A stretch of DNA of 64,000 nt from Longimicrobiales bacterium (GCA_963664435.2 CAXXKM010000003.1:672001-736000), one strand, 5' to 3'; shown: positions 10,609 to 20,974, numbered from the stretch's first letter. Numbers and translations are program-made. The notes: generated by a model from the sequence alone, not told the origin.

Positions 10609-12618
10609 CTACCCCTCGTCGTCGGCCGGGGCGGCGTCCGTCTCCCCCACGGCGTCCGTCTCCTCCACGGCGTGCGTCTCCTCCACGGCGTCCTTGTCGC
10701 CGACGTCGCCGGCCACCGCTTCCGTGTCGGCCGCGCCCGCCTCATCATCGCCGGACGCAGACTCGGCGTCGGGCTCCTCCACGATGCGGCGGCGGGGCTG
10801 GGCGGTCACCTCCACCACGATTCTGCGGTTGCCTGCATCCGACTCGAGCACCCTGAGGTCGACCTCGTCTCCCGGCCCGTAGTAATCCTCGAGCGACTGG
10901 TTGTCCCGCACTCGACTGTGCGAGATGGGAACGAACGCCTCCACGTTGTCGCCCAGATCGACCACGACCCCCTTCTCCTGAACCCGCACAACGCTGCCCT
11001 CGCACTCCACGCCCGGTGCAAAACGCTCCGAGAGCCAGGGCCAGGGATCGTCGAGGACCTGCTTGATTCCGAGGGAGATGCGCTTGTTCTCGCCGTCCAC
11101 ATCGAGAACCATCACTTCCATTTCCTGGCCCTTGCTGACGATCTCCGAAGGATGCTCCACGCGCTTGGTCCAGCTCATGTCGGACACGTGCACCAGCCCG
11201 TCGATCCCCGGCTCGATCTCTACGAAGGCGCCGAAGGAAGTCAGGTTGCGCACCTTCCCCTGCAGCCGCGTCCCCGTCGGATACTTGAGCGGGAGGGCCA
11301 GCCAGGGATCCTCCTCGATCTGCTTCATGCCCAGCGAGATTTTCTCGGCCCCCGGATCCACCTTCAGCACCACGGCCTCGATCTCGTCCGCGATGGACAC
11401 CAGCTTCGAGGGATGGCGGACGTTGCGCGTCCACGACATCTCCGAGATGTGGACCAGCCCCTCGACACCCTTCTCCAGCTCGACGAAGGCCCCGTAGTTG
11501 GTGATCGAGACCACCTTCCCGTGCACGCGCACGCCGACCGGGTACTTGAGGTCGATGTCGGTCCACGGATAGGGAAGCAGCTGCTTGAGCCCGAGCGAGA
11601 TCCTCTCCCGCTTCCAGTCGATGTCGAGCACCTTGACGTCCAGCTCCTGGCCGATGTTCACCATGTCGGAGGGGTGTCCCACCCGCCCCCACGACATGTC
11701 CGTGATGTGCAGCAGCCCGTCCAGTCCGCCCAGGTCGATGAAAGCGCCGAAATCGGTGATGTTCTTGATGATGCCCGCCCGCACCTGGCCCACCAGCAGT
11801 TCCTTGACCAGGGTCTCGCGCTTCTTGCCGCGCTCGGCCTCCAGGATCACGCGCCGCGACACCACGATGTTGCGACGCCTCTTGTTCAGCTTGATGATCT
11901 TGAAGTCGTAGACGTCGCCGACCAGGTCCTCGATGTTGGGCACCCGGCGCAGGGCGATCTGCGAGCCCGGGAGGAAGGCGTCCACGCCCATGAGATCCAC
12001 GGTCATGCCGCCCTTGATCTTGCGCACCAGCGTGCCCTCGATCGGCGACCCGCTCTCGTACGCTTCGCGGATCTTTTCCCAGACCCGAAGGAAGTCGGCC
12101 TTCTTCTTCGACAGGACCACCACCCCGTCGTCGTCCTCGAGGCTCTCGAGCAGGACCTCCACCTCGTAGCCGGGCGCGAGGGCCTCGGTGTCCCGGAATT
12201 CCTCGCGCGCGACCGCTCCCTCGCTCTTGAAGCCGAATTCGAGGATGACGGTGGTGTCTGTTACCCGCACCACCTTGGCCTGAACGATCTCGCCCTCGCG
12301 CACCTCCTGAATTCCGGACTGGAAGTCCTGGAGCATGGTGCCGAAGTCGTCGCGCGACATGGACGGATCGTCGTCGTCCCTCGGGTCGTCCGACGATGCA
12401 AAGCCGCTGTCGCCTCTTGGATCGGCGAAGAGTTCGTCCGGAGCGTCGAACGCCGCGAAGTCTCCGAAGGCCTGGCTGGGGGACGGATCAACTCGGGCGG
12501 AATCGTCGCCATTCCCACCTTCCGAAGAATCCGTTTCCTGAGCACCGCCGGACGGGAGGGCGGAGGAGGACACGGGTTCCGGCGAAGGGGGGTGAGTGCC
12601 TTCTGTCTGGTCGGTCAT
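10609..12618 (-). CDS. rpsA: 30S ribosomal protein S1
   Basis: Repeated S1 domains (FGAFIDLGGLDGLLHITDMSW, YGAFVELEKGVEGLVHISEMSW). Confidence 0.98.
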   Translation of the reverse strand: MTDQTEGTHPPSPEPVSSSALPSGGAQETDSSEGGNGDDSARVDPSPSQAFGDFAAFDAPDELFADPRGDSGFASSDDPRDDDDPSMSRDDFGTMLQDFQSGIQEVREGEIVQAKVVRVTDTTVILEFGFKSEGAVAREEFRDTEALAPGYEVEVLLESLEDDDGVVVLSKKKADFLRVWEKIREAYESGSPIEGTLVRKIKGGMTVDLMGVDAFLPGSQIALRRVPNIEDLVGDVYDFKIIKLNKRRRNIVVSRRVILEAERGKKRETLVKELLVGQVRAGIIKNITDFGAFIDLGGLDGLLHITDMSWGRVGHPSDMVNIGQELDVKVLDIDWKRERISLGLKQLLPYPWTDIDLKYPVGVRVHGKVVSITNYGAFVELEKGVEGLVHISEMSWTRNVRHPSKLVSIADEIEAVVLKVDPGAEKISLGMKQIEEDPWLALPLKYPTGTRLQGKVRNLTSFGAFVEIEPGIDGLVHVSDMSWTKRVEHPSEIVSKGQEMEVMVLDVDGENKRISLGIKQVLDDPWPWLSERFAPGVECEGSVVRVQEKGVVVDLGDNVEAFVPISHSRVRDNQSLEDYYGPGDEVDLRVLESDAGNRRIVVEVTAQPRRRIVEEPDAESASGDDEAGAADTEAVAGDVGDKDAVEETHAVEETDAVGETDAAPADDEG
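10633..10686. repeat. 18-bp tandem repeat x3 in the acidic tail of rpsA
   Basis: GGCGT(C/G)CGTCTCC(C/T)CCAC at 10633, 10651 and 10669. Confidence 0.8.
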
Positions 12619-12820
12619 TGGTTAGTTGTCCCTGGCGCGCCCGTGGGGGAAGCGCCGTTTCTGGCCGGCCCCGCGTGGCGCGGTCCGGGTTCAGGGTTCA
12701 CGAAATGTCGGACGAGGAAGGGAGAGTCCGGCCTGGGCGGGCTTCCGGTGCGCCGGAGGCCGGGATCGGGGACTGCCTTCCTCCAGCAGATACGGGCAAA
12801 CGACTATTTTTCAGCAGAAA

Positions 12821-12849
12821 AAGGTATGAGCCCCCCGTCAATGCGTCAA
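12821..12849 (-). promoter_or_regulatory. Putative sigma70 promoter of rpsA
   Basis: Minus strand TTGACG (12849-12844), 17-nt spacer, TACCTT (12826-12821), ahead of a ~200-nt leader. Confidence 0.55.
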
Positions 12850-14904
12850 TCATGGCCCGGAATTGGGAACCTCCGAGTCCCGGCCGCCGACACGGGCGCG
12901 CACCTCCCGGAGGATGGCGTCCACCTGCTCCTCGAAGGAGAGATGGGTACCGTCGAGTTCGAGCGCGTCGGCCGCCTTTTTCAGAGGGGCGATCGCGCGG
13001 GTGGCGTCGATGCGGTCGCGCGTGCGCAGGCGTGCGACCTCCGCCGTCACTTCGCTTTCCGAGTCGGGCGCGCGCTCCGTCTGCAGCAGGCGGCGGCGGG
13101 CACGTTCCTCGACACCGGCCACCAGGAAGATCTTCACGTCCGCCTCCGGGAACACGACCGTGCCCAGGTCGCGCCCGTCGCCCACCAGCGATCCCTCCCT
13201 GCCCGCCTGCCGCTGCCGGTCGAGAAGCCACCCGCGCACCGCGGGCAGGCGCGCAACCGCGGAGACGTGCGCGTCGACCTCGGGGCTCCTGAGCTCCGTG
13301 GTCAGGGTGCGCGCGCCCAGCATGATTCGGAAGGCGGATCCCGCGGCGGTCATGCGCACCGGGTGGGCGTTCAGGTCGGACTCCGTCAGCGCGGGCCACG
13401 AGTCCGGCGGCCGGCCCGACTCGAGCAGGGCGCAGGTGAGAGCCCTGTAGAGCGCGCCCGAGTCCAGGTGGCGGAAGCCCAGCCGGCGCGCCACCTCCCG
13501 GGCCGTGGTGGACTTGCCGGAACCGGCCGGGCCGTCGATGACGATCACCGGCCCGCGCCCGCGGACAGGTCGCGCGTGCGCGGCGACTTCCGGGCCGGCG
13601 CCCCGGGCCGAGGGCCGCGCGGCCGGCGTGGAGACGCGCTCGAGCATCTCCCAGAACCCCGGATAGCTCACGTCCACGGCCGCCGGGGCATCGACGGTGA
13701 TGTCGTTGCCGGGGAGCGCGCCGAGCACGCCGAAGGCCATCGCGATGCGGTGGTCGCCGTACGCCTCGACGGGACCGGAGAGAGGGCGGTCGGTTCCCTC
13801 GATCACCAGGCCGTCGGGCAGTTCCTCCACCTCCACGCCCAGCGGGGACAGGTTGGCGGCGAGGGCGCCCAGCCGGTCGGATTCCTTGACCCGCAGCTCC
13901 TCCGCGCCGGTGATGCGGGTGGTTCCGCGGGCGCGGGCGGCGAGCACCGCCAGGACGGGAACTTCGTCGATCAGCCCCGGAATCTCCCCGGGCCGAACTT
14001 CGGTGCCGGTCAGATCGGAGGGATGGATGATCAGGTCGCCGGCCGGCTCTCCCCGCTCCGGGGCGGACCGCATGTCGACTTCGATGCGCGCGTTCATCCT
14101 CTCCAGTACGGGGAGCAGTCCGGTCCGTGTCGGATTGAGACCGGCGCCCCTCAGCACAATCTCCTCACCCGCCCCGCCCAGCAGGGCGAGCGCGAGCGGA
14201 AAGGCGGCGGACGAGAAATCGCCCGGCACGACCACGTCCACGGGATCCAGGGCGGAGGGCGATGCGGTCAATTGCACCCGGTTGCCGCGACCCTCCGGGG
14301 AGCTGGTCAACGCACACCCCGCGGCGGCCAGCATGCGTTCGGTGTGGTCGCGCGAGAAGCCCGGCTCGACGAGCCGCACCGGCACGCCCCCGGTCACCCC
14401 CGCGAGCAGCAGCGCGCTCTTGAGCTGGGCGCTGGCCACGGGGAGACGGTAGTCGAGGGCGCGCAGGGGTCCGCCGGTCACGCGCAGCGGGAGTCTGCCG
14501 GGAGCGGAAACCGGATCGAAGCGTGCGCCCATGCGCGACAGGGGATCCGTCACGCGTCGCATGGGCCGGCGCCGCAGGGAGTCGTCTCCGGTCAGGGTGG
14601 CTTCGAGCTTCTGCCCCGCCAGGACGCCCAGCATGAGGCGCGCGGTCGTGCCGCTGTTGGCACAGTCGAGGGTCCGGCGCGGGGTACGCATGCCGCGCAC
14701 GCCCACCCCGGTGACGCGCAGTTCCCCATCCGCCGCCAGAGGCGGCACGCGCACGCCCAGTTCGCGGAGGATGGAGGCCGTCGCCTGGGGATCCTCTCCG
14801 GTGAGGATGCCGCGGATGCGGCTCTCTCCGCCCGCCAGCGCGGCCAGCAGCAGAGCCCGGTGGGAGATGGACTTGTCGCCCGGGACCCTCAGCTCGGTCA
14901 CCAC
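12850..14904 (-). CDS. aroA: Fused EPSP synthase / cytidylate kinase (AroA-Cmk)
   Basis: AroA motifs PGDKSISHR, NSGTT, SAQLKS, RDHTERML, KESDR, DHRIAM, then Cmk motifs IDGPAGSGKST, DSGALYR, DGRDLGTVVFP in one frame. Confidence 0.95.
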   Translation of the reverse strand: MVTELRVPGDKSISHRALLLAALAGGESRIRGILTGEDPQATASILRELGVRVPPLAADGELRVTGVGVRGMRTPRRTLDCANSGTTARLMLGVLAGQKLEATLTGDDSLRRRPMRRVTDPLSRMGARFDPVSAPGRLPLRVTGGPLRALDYRLPVASAQLKSALLLAGVTGGVPVRLVEPGFSRDHTERMLAAAGCALTSSPEGRGNRVQLTASPSALDPVDVVVPGDFSSAAFPLALALLGGAGEEIVLRGAGLNPTRTGLLPVLERMNARIEVDMRSAPERGEPAGDLIIHPSDLTGTEVRPGEIPGLIDEVPVLAVLAARARGTTRITGAEELRVKESDRLGALAANLSPLGVEVEELPDGLVIEGTDRPLSGPVEAYGDHRIAMAFGVLGALPGNDITVDAPAAVDVSYPGFWEMLERVSTPAARPSARGAGPEVAAHARPVRGRGPVIVIDGPAGSGKSTTAREVARRLGFRHLDSGALYRALTCALLESGRPPDSWPALTESDLNAHPVRMTAAGSAFRIMLGARTLTTELRSPEVDAHVSAVARLPAVRGWLLDRQRQAGREGSLVGDGRDLGTVVFPEADVKIFLVAGVEERARRRLLQTERAPDSESEVTAEVARLRTRDRIDATRAIAPLKKAADALELDGTHLSFEEQVDAILREVRARVGGRDSEVPNSGP

Positions 14905-14917
14905 GGCCCGATCCAGT

Positions 14918-15985
14918 TCACCGGGCCGGAGGCGCGGCGGGGGGCGGTGCCACTCGCCCGACGTCGTCGGGACCGTGGCTCGGGTTCAGGGGCGCGGGCG
15001 AGGGGCGAGTCGCCGGGGGCTGCGACCCGGTATCGCCGGCGCGCCAGACGCGGGTGGACCTCATCCAGTCCTCGATCGCCTCCAGGTCGCGGCGGTCGAG
15101 CGCGTCCGCGAGCTCCCGTGCGGCCCGCGCGAGCTCCCGCAGCGCGTCCCCGGCTCCGCTGCGCGCCAGGAGCGGAAGCCACATCTCCGGGGAGCTCCCC
15201 GCGAGGCGCACCATGTCGGCGCCGCCGGTGCCCAGGTCGGAGGGGACGTGGCCGGACCGTTCCAGCACGCGCGCGAGGGCGTTGGAGGCCAGCTGGGGGA
15301 GATGGCTGCACCACGACATGAGCCGGTCGTGTTCGGCGGCGCCGGTCCACCGCGTACGGGCGCCGACGGCCCGCCAGAGCTCCTCCACGCCAGCCGCCCC
15401 CGCCCCCTGCCCCGTCAGCCAGACGGTCGCACCCGCGAACAGGCCGCCCGCGGAGTGGCCGAATCCCGACCCCTCCCCGCCGGCCATGGGGTGGGACCCG
15501 GTGTAGCGGCCGCTCTCGCCGAGGGCGGCCATCGCGTCCTCCACCGGAGCCTTCAGGCTGGCCACGTCGGTCACGGCCGCCCCCGCCGGCCAGCGGCCCC
15601 GGTGTTCCGCGAGCAGGCGCAGGGTCACGTCGAGGGGGGTGGCGTACACGACCAGGTCGGCGCCCGCGAGGACGGCTTCCGCGTCGGCGGACCCGGCGGC
15701 GATGACGCCCGCGCGCCCGGCCAGCTCCAGGTCGGACGCCGAGTCGGAGGATCCGACCACGCGAGGCGGCCGGTTCAGCGCCCCGAGCGCCCGGGCCAGC
15801 GACCCGCCGATCAGTCCGAGCCCCACGATGGCGACCGTGCGGAAGGCGGCGGGGTCGGCTGCGGGAACGGCACGGGCGCCGGCCGCGGGGGTGGCGCCGG
15901 CCGCGGGTGCGTGCCGGCCGCTCGCGGATTGCGGGGGCCGCCCGCCGCCGGACGGATCGCGGGGGACGCCGGTCGCGGGGTTCAC
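14918..15985 (-). CDS. tyrA: Prephenate/arogenate dehydrogenase
   Basis: IVGLGLIGGSLA, TDVASLK, HPMAG, HD...SHLP motifs. GTG start overlaps the rnz stop. Confidence 0.88.
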   Translation of the reverse strand: MNPATGVPRDPSGGGRPPQSASGRHAPAAGATPAAGARAVPAADPAAFRTVAIVGLGLIGGSLARALGALNRPPRVVGSSDSASDLELAGRAGVIAAGSADAEAVLAGADLVVYATPLDVTLRLLAEHRGRWPAGAAVTDVASLKAPVEDAMAALGESGRYTGSHPMAGGEGSGFGHSAGGLFAGATVWLTGQGAGAAGVEELWRAVGARTRWTGAAEHDRLMSWCSHLPQLASNALARVLERSGHVPSDLGTGGADMVRLAGSSPEMWLPLLARSGAGDALRELARAARELADALDRRDLEAIEDWMRSTRVWRAGDTGSQPPATRPSPAPLNPSHGPDDVGRVAPPPAAPPAR

Positions 15986-16941
15986 GTTGCTCCCTCTCCC
16001 GCTCCGCCGGTCGTGGGGGCGGGGGGCTCGTCCCGGTACGGTACTTCCAGGGTAAGCCCGTCCGAGGCCACGACCGTCGCCGGGAACAACCGGCGCGCCT
16101 CGCGCGCGAGGCGCGCCGGTTGCTCCGAGTACCGTGCGGAGATGTGCGTGAGCGCGAGGCGGGCCACTCCGGCGTCGCGGGCGACGCGCGCGGCGCCCGC
16201 GGCGGTGGAGTGGAAGGTCGCGCGCGCGCGCTCGCTCGCATCGCCGGAGAAGGTGCTTTCGTGGATGAGCAGCTCCGCTCCGGCGGCGGCCTTCACCGTC
16301 GAGCGCACCGGGCGGGTATCGCCCGTATAGACCACCGTGCGACCCCGGCGGCTCGGCCCCACCACCTCCTCCGGACGGACCCGCCGCCCGTCGACCTCCA
16401 CCACCTCGCCCCGGTGCAGCCGGCCGAAGGCGGGGCCTTCGGGAACGCCCAGCGCGCGGGCTCTCTCCACGTCGAACCGTCCTCGGCGATCGTCTTCGCG
16501 AAGCACGTAGCCGAGCGCCGGCATGCCGTGGTTCACCCGGTAGGCGCATACTTCATAGCCGTCCCGCGAGACGCTCTCCCCCGGCCTCAACTCCCGGACT
16601 TCGACCGGGAAGCTCAGGCGATCGAAACCGAGGTGGACGGCATCCTCGAGAACCCGCCTCCCCGAGACCGGACAGGTCAGCAGCAGCGGCTCGTTCCGCC
16701 CCTGAAGCGCCATCGTGCGCAGCATCCCGGTCACGCCCACGAAGTGATCCGCGTGCAAGTGCGTGATGAACACCGCCCACAGGGAGAAGCCGGTGCCGTA
16801 GCGCATCATCTGGCGCTGGGTGCCCTCGCCGCAGTCGAAGAGCATGAGGTCGCCCTCGCGCTGCACGGCGATCGCGCTCACGTTGCGCCGCACGGTCGGA
16901 CACGCGGCCGAAGTGCCCAGAAACGTGACTCGCATCATCAC
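15982..16941 (-). CDS. rnz: Ribonuclease Z
   Basis: FLGTSA, FDCGEGTQRQ, THLHADH, YTGDTRP, HESTF, HST, THISARY. Confidence 0.96.
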   Translation of the reverse strand: MMMRVTFLGTSAACPTVRRNVSAIAVQREGDLMLFDCGEGTQRQMMRYGTGFSLWAVFITHLHADHFVGVTGMLRTMALQGRNEPLLLTCPVSGRRVLEDAVHLGFDRLSFPVEVRELRPGESVSRDGYEVCAYRVNHGMPALGYVLREDDRRGRFDVERARALGVPEGPAFGRLHRGEVVEVDGRRVRPEEVVGPSRRGRTVVYTGDTRPVRSTVKAAAGAELLIHESTFSGDASERARATFHSTAAGAARVARDAGVARLALTHISARYSEQPARLAREARRLFPATVVASDGLTLEVPYRDEPPAPTTGGAGEGAT

Positions 16942-16962
16942 TCGCGCCTGAGGCGGGCCCGG

Positions 16963-19203
16963 TCAGCTCCGCACGTCCAGCCGCACGAAGAGGTGCCGGC
17001 CGGGGGCGTCGATGCCCGAGCCGTGAACGCGATACAACTCGTCGAAGAGGTTCTCGATCCCGGCGGAGATGCGCAAACGATCGCCCCAGGAGGCGCCGCC
17101 CCGAAGAGAGTGGATATGGTACGCGGGCGTCCCCCCGTCCTGGATGCGGCTGTCGATCCGGTCCCGGAAGCCGAGCCGGTCCTGGCCGCCGGCCACATTG
17201 CCGAAATACTCGATCCAGCCCGACCGGCCGTCGCGGGACAACGGCCAGCGCACGCGATACGACAGCGTCGCCGGGGGCACACGGCTGAGCGGCTCCTCGG
17301 CGAGCACGCCGTCGCGCGCGACCACCGCATCTCCCAGGGTCCACGAAGCCGACAGATCCAGTTGTCCGCGGCCGGGGAGCGGCCCGGACAGGCCTGCTTC
17401 GACACCGTCGACGGTGGCTGAACCGATGTTCTGGATGGTGAGCACGGGGAGCTCGTCGGGCCCGTAGATGCTCCGTCCCTGGAACGTCCCGAAGGTGCGC
17501 TCCAGCAAATCGTCGATTCCAATGCGAAAGACGGTCAACTCCGCCGTCGCGGAGCCCCGGGTCCAGCTGGCCCCCATCTCCAGGGTGTAGCTGCGCTCCG
17601 GACTCAGGTCCGGATTGGGCAGGGCGATGCCGCCGGGGACGTCGCCCACCAGGGTGAGGTCGTAGATGTTGGGCGCGCGAAAGGCCTGGGCCGCCCGTGC
17701 CCGCAGCGACACTCCCTGTGCGGCCCGGTAGACCACGCCCAACTCGCCGGTGACGTTCCCGACCCGGGAGTCCACGTCGCCGCCGTAGTCGTCGCCCACG
17801 CGGGTGGTGGTCCGGTAGACGCTCGCGCGGCCGCCCAGCTGCACCCGCAGCCTCCTCCAGGGTTCGTCGGCGAAGACATACAGCGCGCCGCCGCCGAAGC
17901 GCGAGCCGTCGGGAAACCGCCCCGTGGGCACGGCCTCCTCCCCGCTCCACCTGAACGACGCGGTGCTCGCGCCGGTGGCCAGGTTCTCCTCCCGGCCGTG
18001 CGAGCGGGTGACGTTGTCCCACACTTCCAGCCCATACGTGACGCCGCCGCGGCCATCTCCGTGAATCGCCCGGCCCTGGACATCCAGCGCCACCGAGCGC
18101 ACGTCGTCCGACACGTAGCGGACGCGGTCCGACGGCACCAGGATGTCGTCCCTGAGCGACTGCCCGCGGATCGAGCGGCCCTCGCGCTGAACCTGCAGGG
18201 AGACCTGCACGTCCAGGGTGGAGATCCAGGGCCGGCCCGCGGCCAGGGTTCCCTTCAGGCGCGCGAGCGAGCGGTCCTGGGGCTCGAAGAGATAGAGCGC
18301 GTTCCGGCCCACCCCTCCTCCAGCCGTTCCCGGAGCCCGGAAGTCGACGTAGCGGTCGTAGCGCGGGACGTCGCTCTGCTCGGAATGCTGGCCGGCCATC
18401 TCGATGCGCAGCCGCCGGGTGGCCTGCAGGTCGAGGCGGAGGTCGCCGCTCCACTGGCCGTAGCCGGTCGGATCCTGGGGCGGGAGGCCCCCGCCCGGCT
18501 TCAGGTGCGACCAGGAGCCGATGCTGCCGCCTCCAAAGAGCTCCAGACCCGACAGGAAGTCCGGCACCGCGGCGGCCGTCGAGACCCGCGCGCGGCTCCC
18601 GTTGGTGGCCCCGTCGAAGGTGTAGGAACCCTCCGCCACCCAGCTCTCGCCCGGCTCGAGCAGGTCCCCCGCGCGCCGCGTGATCACATTGATCACCCCA
18701 CCCATGGCATCGGACCCGTAGAGCGTCGAGGAAGCTCCCCGAACCACTTCCATGCGCTCCATGATCTCGGAGTCCACCGAGGACAGGTACTGGCTCGGAC
18801 CCTGGCGGAAGGTGCCGTTGTTGAGGCGCACGCCGTCGACCATCAGAAGCACCTGGCTTCCGGTGAGCGCGCGCACGAATGCGGCGCCCTGCCCCGCGGT
18901 GGTCTGCTGCACCAGCACGCCGGGCTGGGCGACCAGGGCATCGAGGAGAAGGCGGTTGGGCTGGTCGCGGAGTTCGGCCCGTCCCACCAGGTTGACCGAC
19001 ACGGCGAGTTCGCTGGTGGTGGTCGCCAGACGGGTTGCGGTCACCACCAGGGGATCCAGCTGGAAGGCCGTCGAGTCCGGATCCGTCTCATCCGGCGGCG
19101 CCTGCGCCACGGCGGGAGGGGCGGCGGCGAGAAGGGCGGCCGCCCCAATCAGGACACAGACCGGACAAGGCAACTTCGGCATCGCAATCCTCTTCCTGTT
19201 CAT
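16963..19203 (-). CDS. TonB-dependent receptor
   Basis: Signal peptide, LVVTATR, plug motif ERMEVVRGASSTLYGSDAMGGVINVIT, NPDLSPERS, ENLFD...PGR C-terminus. The ORF-track extension to 20895 is antisense shadow. Confidence 0.92.
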   Translation of the reverse strand: MNRKRIAMPKLPCPVCVLIGAAALLAAAPPAVAQAPPDETDPDSTAFQLDPLVVTATRLATTTSELAVSVNLVGRAELRDQPNRLLLDALVAQPGVLVQQTTAGQGAAFVRALTGSQVLLMVDGVRLNNGTFRQGPSQYLSSVDSEIMERMEVVRGASSTLYGSDAMGGVINVITRRAGDLLEPGESWVAEGSYTFDGATNGSRARVSTAAAVPDFLSGLELFGGGSIGSWSHLKPGGGLPPQDPTGYGQWSGDLRLDLQATRRLRIEMAGQHSEQSDVPRYDRYVDFRAPGTAGGGVGRNALYLFEPQDRSLARLKGTLAAGRPWISTLDVQVSLQVQREGRSIRGQSLRDDILVPSDRVRYVSDDVRSVALDVQGRAIHGDGRGGVTYGLEVWDNVTRSHGREENLATGASTASFRWSGEEAVPTGRFPDGSRFGGGALYVFADEPWRRLRVQLGGRASVYRTTTRVGDDYGGDVDSRVGNVTGELGVVYRAAQGVSLRARAAQAFRAPNIYDLTLVGDVPGGIALPNPDLSPERSYTLEMGASWTRGSATAELTVFRIGIDDLLERTFGTFQGRSIYGPDELPVLTIQNIGSATVDGVEAGLSGPLPGRGQLDLSASWTLGDAVVARDGVLAEEPLSRVPPATLSYRVRWPLSRDGRSGWIEYFGNVAGGQDRLGFRDRIDSRIQDGGTPAYHIHSLRGGASWGDRLRISAGIENLFDELYRVHGSGIDAPGRHLFVRLDVRS

Positions 19204-19356
19204 GCCTGAGTTGCCTCGCACCGCACAATGCGGGTGAGGTGTCGTGGGATGGGCGCGTGGGACCGGCTGGGCTGTTCGCAAGCACGAAGACGACGCCGGA
19301 ATAGCCCGTCGACGGACGAAATGTTCCCGGTTGGGAGGCCCCCGCGGGCGCGCGCC

Positions 19357-19461
19357 GAGGCACATGTCCCCTGCGCCCGACATGACCGCCCCCGCGGCCG
19401 CGCCGGGGAGCGTCCGACGCGGCTCGAGTGAGGCACACGCCCCTGCGCTCGACGTGACCGC
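19357..19461. repeat. Imperfect 33/32-bp direct repeat in the divergent intergenic region
   Basis: GAGGCACATGTCCCCTGCGCCCGACATGACCGC (19357-19389) vs GAGGCACACGCCCCTGCGCTCGACGTGACCGC (19430-19461). Confidence 0.7.
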
Positions 19462-19563
19462 GTGCTCGTCGCCGGCCCCGGCCCCGGGCAGGTGACTTTC
19501 GATCCTCCGCGTCGTATCGTGGCTGCAACGGAGCGAGCGCCCATCCTCTGCAGGAGAGACCCG

Positions 19564-20874
19564 ATGATGCCCAACCGCCGCCAGTTTCTCGGTTCCATGG
19601 CCGTGCCCGCCGCGGCCGCCGCCGGACTCCCCCTTCTGCCCACCCGCCTCTCCGCGGCCGCCGCCGAGATCGCCGACGAGTTGGGCAACTGGTCCGGGAC
19701 ACCCGGGCAGATCGCGCGCGATGAGGACTTCTGGGTCGAGGTGGCCCGCGCGTTCACCGTCGACCGCAGCCTCATCAACCTGAACAATGGAGGGGTGAGC
19801 CCGTCGCCGCGCTGGGTGCAGGAGGCCATGAAACGGCACCTCGACTATTCCAACGAGGCCCCGACCTACACCATGTGGCAGATCCTCGAGCCGCAGCGGG
19901 AGACGGTGCGCGCGCGCCTGGCCCGCGAGTGGGGCGTGGACGCCGAGGAAATCGCTCTCACGCGCAACGCCTCCGAGGGGCTTCAGATCCTGCAGCACGG
20001 CTTCGACCTGGAGCCGGGCGACGAAGTTCTGACGACGACCCAGGACTACGGGCGCATGATCACGACCTTCCGGCAGCGGGAGCGGCGCGACGGCATCGTG
20101 CTGAAGCAGATCCGCATTCCCGTGCCCGCCGAGGATCCCGCCGAAATCGTGCGGCTGTTCGAGGAAGCCATCACCCCGCGCACGCGCATGATCCTGTGCT
20201 GTCACATGATCAACCTCACCGGCCAGATCCTGCCGGTGAAGGAGCTCACGGCGCTGGGCCGCCGCCACGGCATCCCGGTGCTGGTGGACGGGGCCCATGC
20301 CCTGGCGCACTTCGAGTTCGACCTGGAAGAGCTGGATGTGGATTTCTACGCCACGTCGCTCCACAAGTGGCTTTTCGCGCCCCACGGGACCGGGCTGCTC
20401 TACGTCCGCAGGGAGCGGATCCCCGAGGTATGGCCGCTCACCGCCGCCCCCGAGAGCAGGGACGGCGACATCCGCAAGTTCGAGGAGATCGGCACCCACC
20501 CGGCCGCGAACTACCTGGCGATCGCGGAAGCGCTGACGTTCCACCAGGGGATGGGCGGGGCGCGCAAGGACGCCCGCATGGTGTACCTGCGCGACTACTG
20601 GGCGGACCGGCTCCTCCAGCACGACCGCGTGCGACTGCACACAAGCCGCAAGCCGGGCTTCGCCTGCGGGCTCGCCAACGTGCAGATCGACGGCGTCGAC
20701 CCGGGCGCGCTCAACCAGTACCTGTGGAACGAGCACCGCATCATCGCGGTCGGCATCGGCCACGAGGAGTGCACCGGCTCGCGCATCACCCCCAGCGTGT
20801 ACACGACCCTCGAGGAGCTCGACCGCTTCGGCGACGTCATGGAGCATGTGATCCGGCACGGCCTGCCGGCCTGA
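19564..20874 (+). CDS. Aminotransferase class V PLP enzyme (isopenicillin-N epimerase / cysteine desulfurase-like) with Tat signal
   Basis: NRRQFLG twin-arginine motif, LNNGGVSPSP, VDGAHA, SLHKWL. Confidence 0.88.
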   Translation: MMPNRRQFLGSMAVPAAAAAGLPLLPTRLSAAAAEIADELGNWSGTPGQIARDEDFWVEVARAFTVDRSLINLNNGGVSPSPRWVQEAMKRHLDYSNEAPTYTMWQILEPQRETVRARLAREWGVDAEEIALTRNASEGLQILQHGFDLEPGDEVLTTTQDYGRMITTFRQRERRDGIVLKQIRIPVPAEDPAEIVRLFEEAITPRTRMILCCHMINLTGQILPVKELTALGRRHGIPVLVDGAHALAHFEFDLEELDVDFYATSLHKWLFAPHGTGLLYVRRERIPEVWPLTAAPESRDGDIRKFEEIGTHPAANYLAIAEALTFHQGMGGARKDARMVYLRDYWADRLLQHDRVRLHTSRKPGFACGLANVQIDGVDPGALNQYLWNEHRIIAVGIGHEECTGSRITPSVYTTLEELDRFGDVMEHVIRHGLPA

Positions 20875-20892
20875 CGGGAGCGGGGTTCCGAA

Positions 20893-20936
20893 CAAGACGG
20901 CGGCGGGTCCGATACGCGCGACCCGCCGCCGTCTTG
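20893..20936. terminator. 17-bp perfect-stem hairpin between convergent genes (probable bidirectional terminator)
   Basis: CAAGACGGCGGCGGGTC, 10-nt loop, GACCCGCCGCCGTCTTG. Confidence 0.7.
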
Positions 20937-20974
20937 CGTTCGGCCGGTGGACCCGGCCGTGCAGCGTTCCCCCT

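Noticed and set aside
10672..15321. 1549-aa plus-strand ORF and other long antisense ORFs (1853-3832, 25671-28559, 60449-62872)
   Set aside because: They are shadows of well-supported genes on the opposite strand. High GC suppresses stop codons, and the products have no motifs.
16963..20895. Apparent 1310-aa TonB receptor fusion
   Set aside because: The N-terminal part is the antisense of the aminotransferase gene. The signal peptide begins at 19203.
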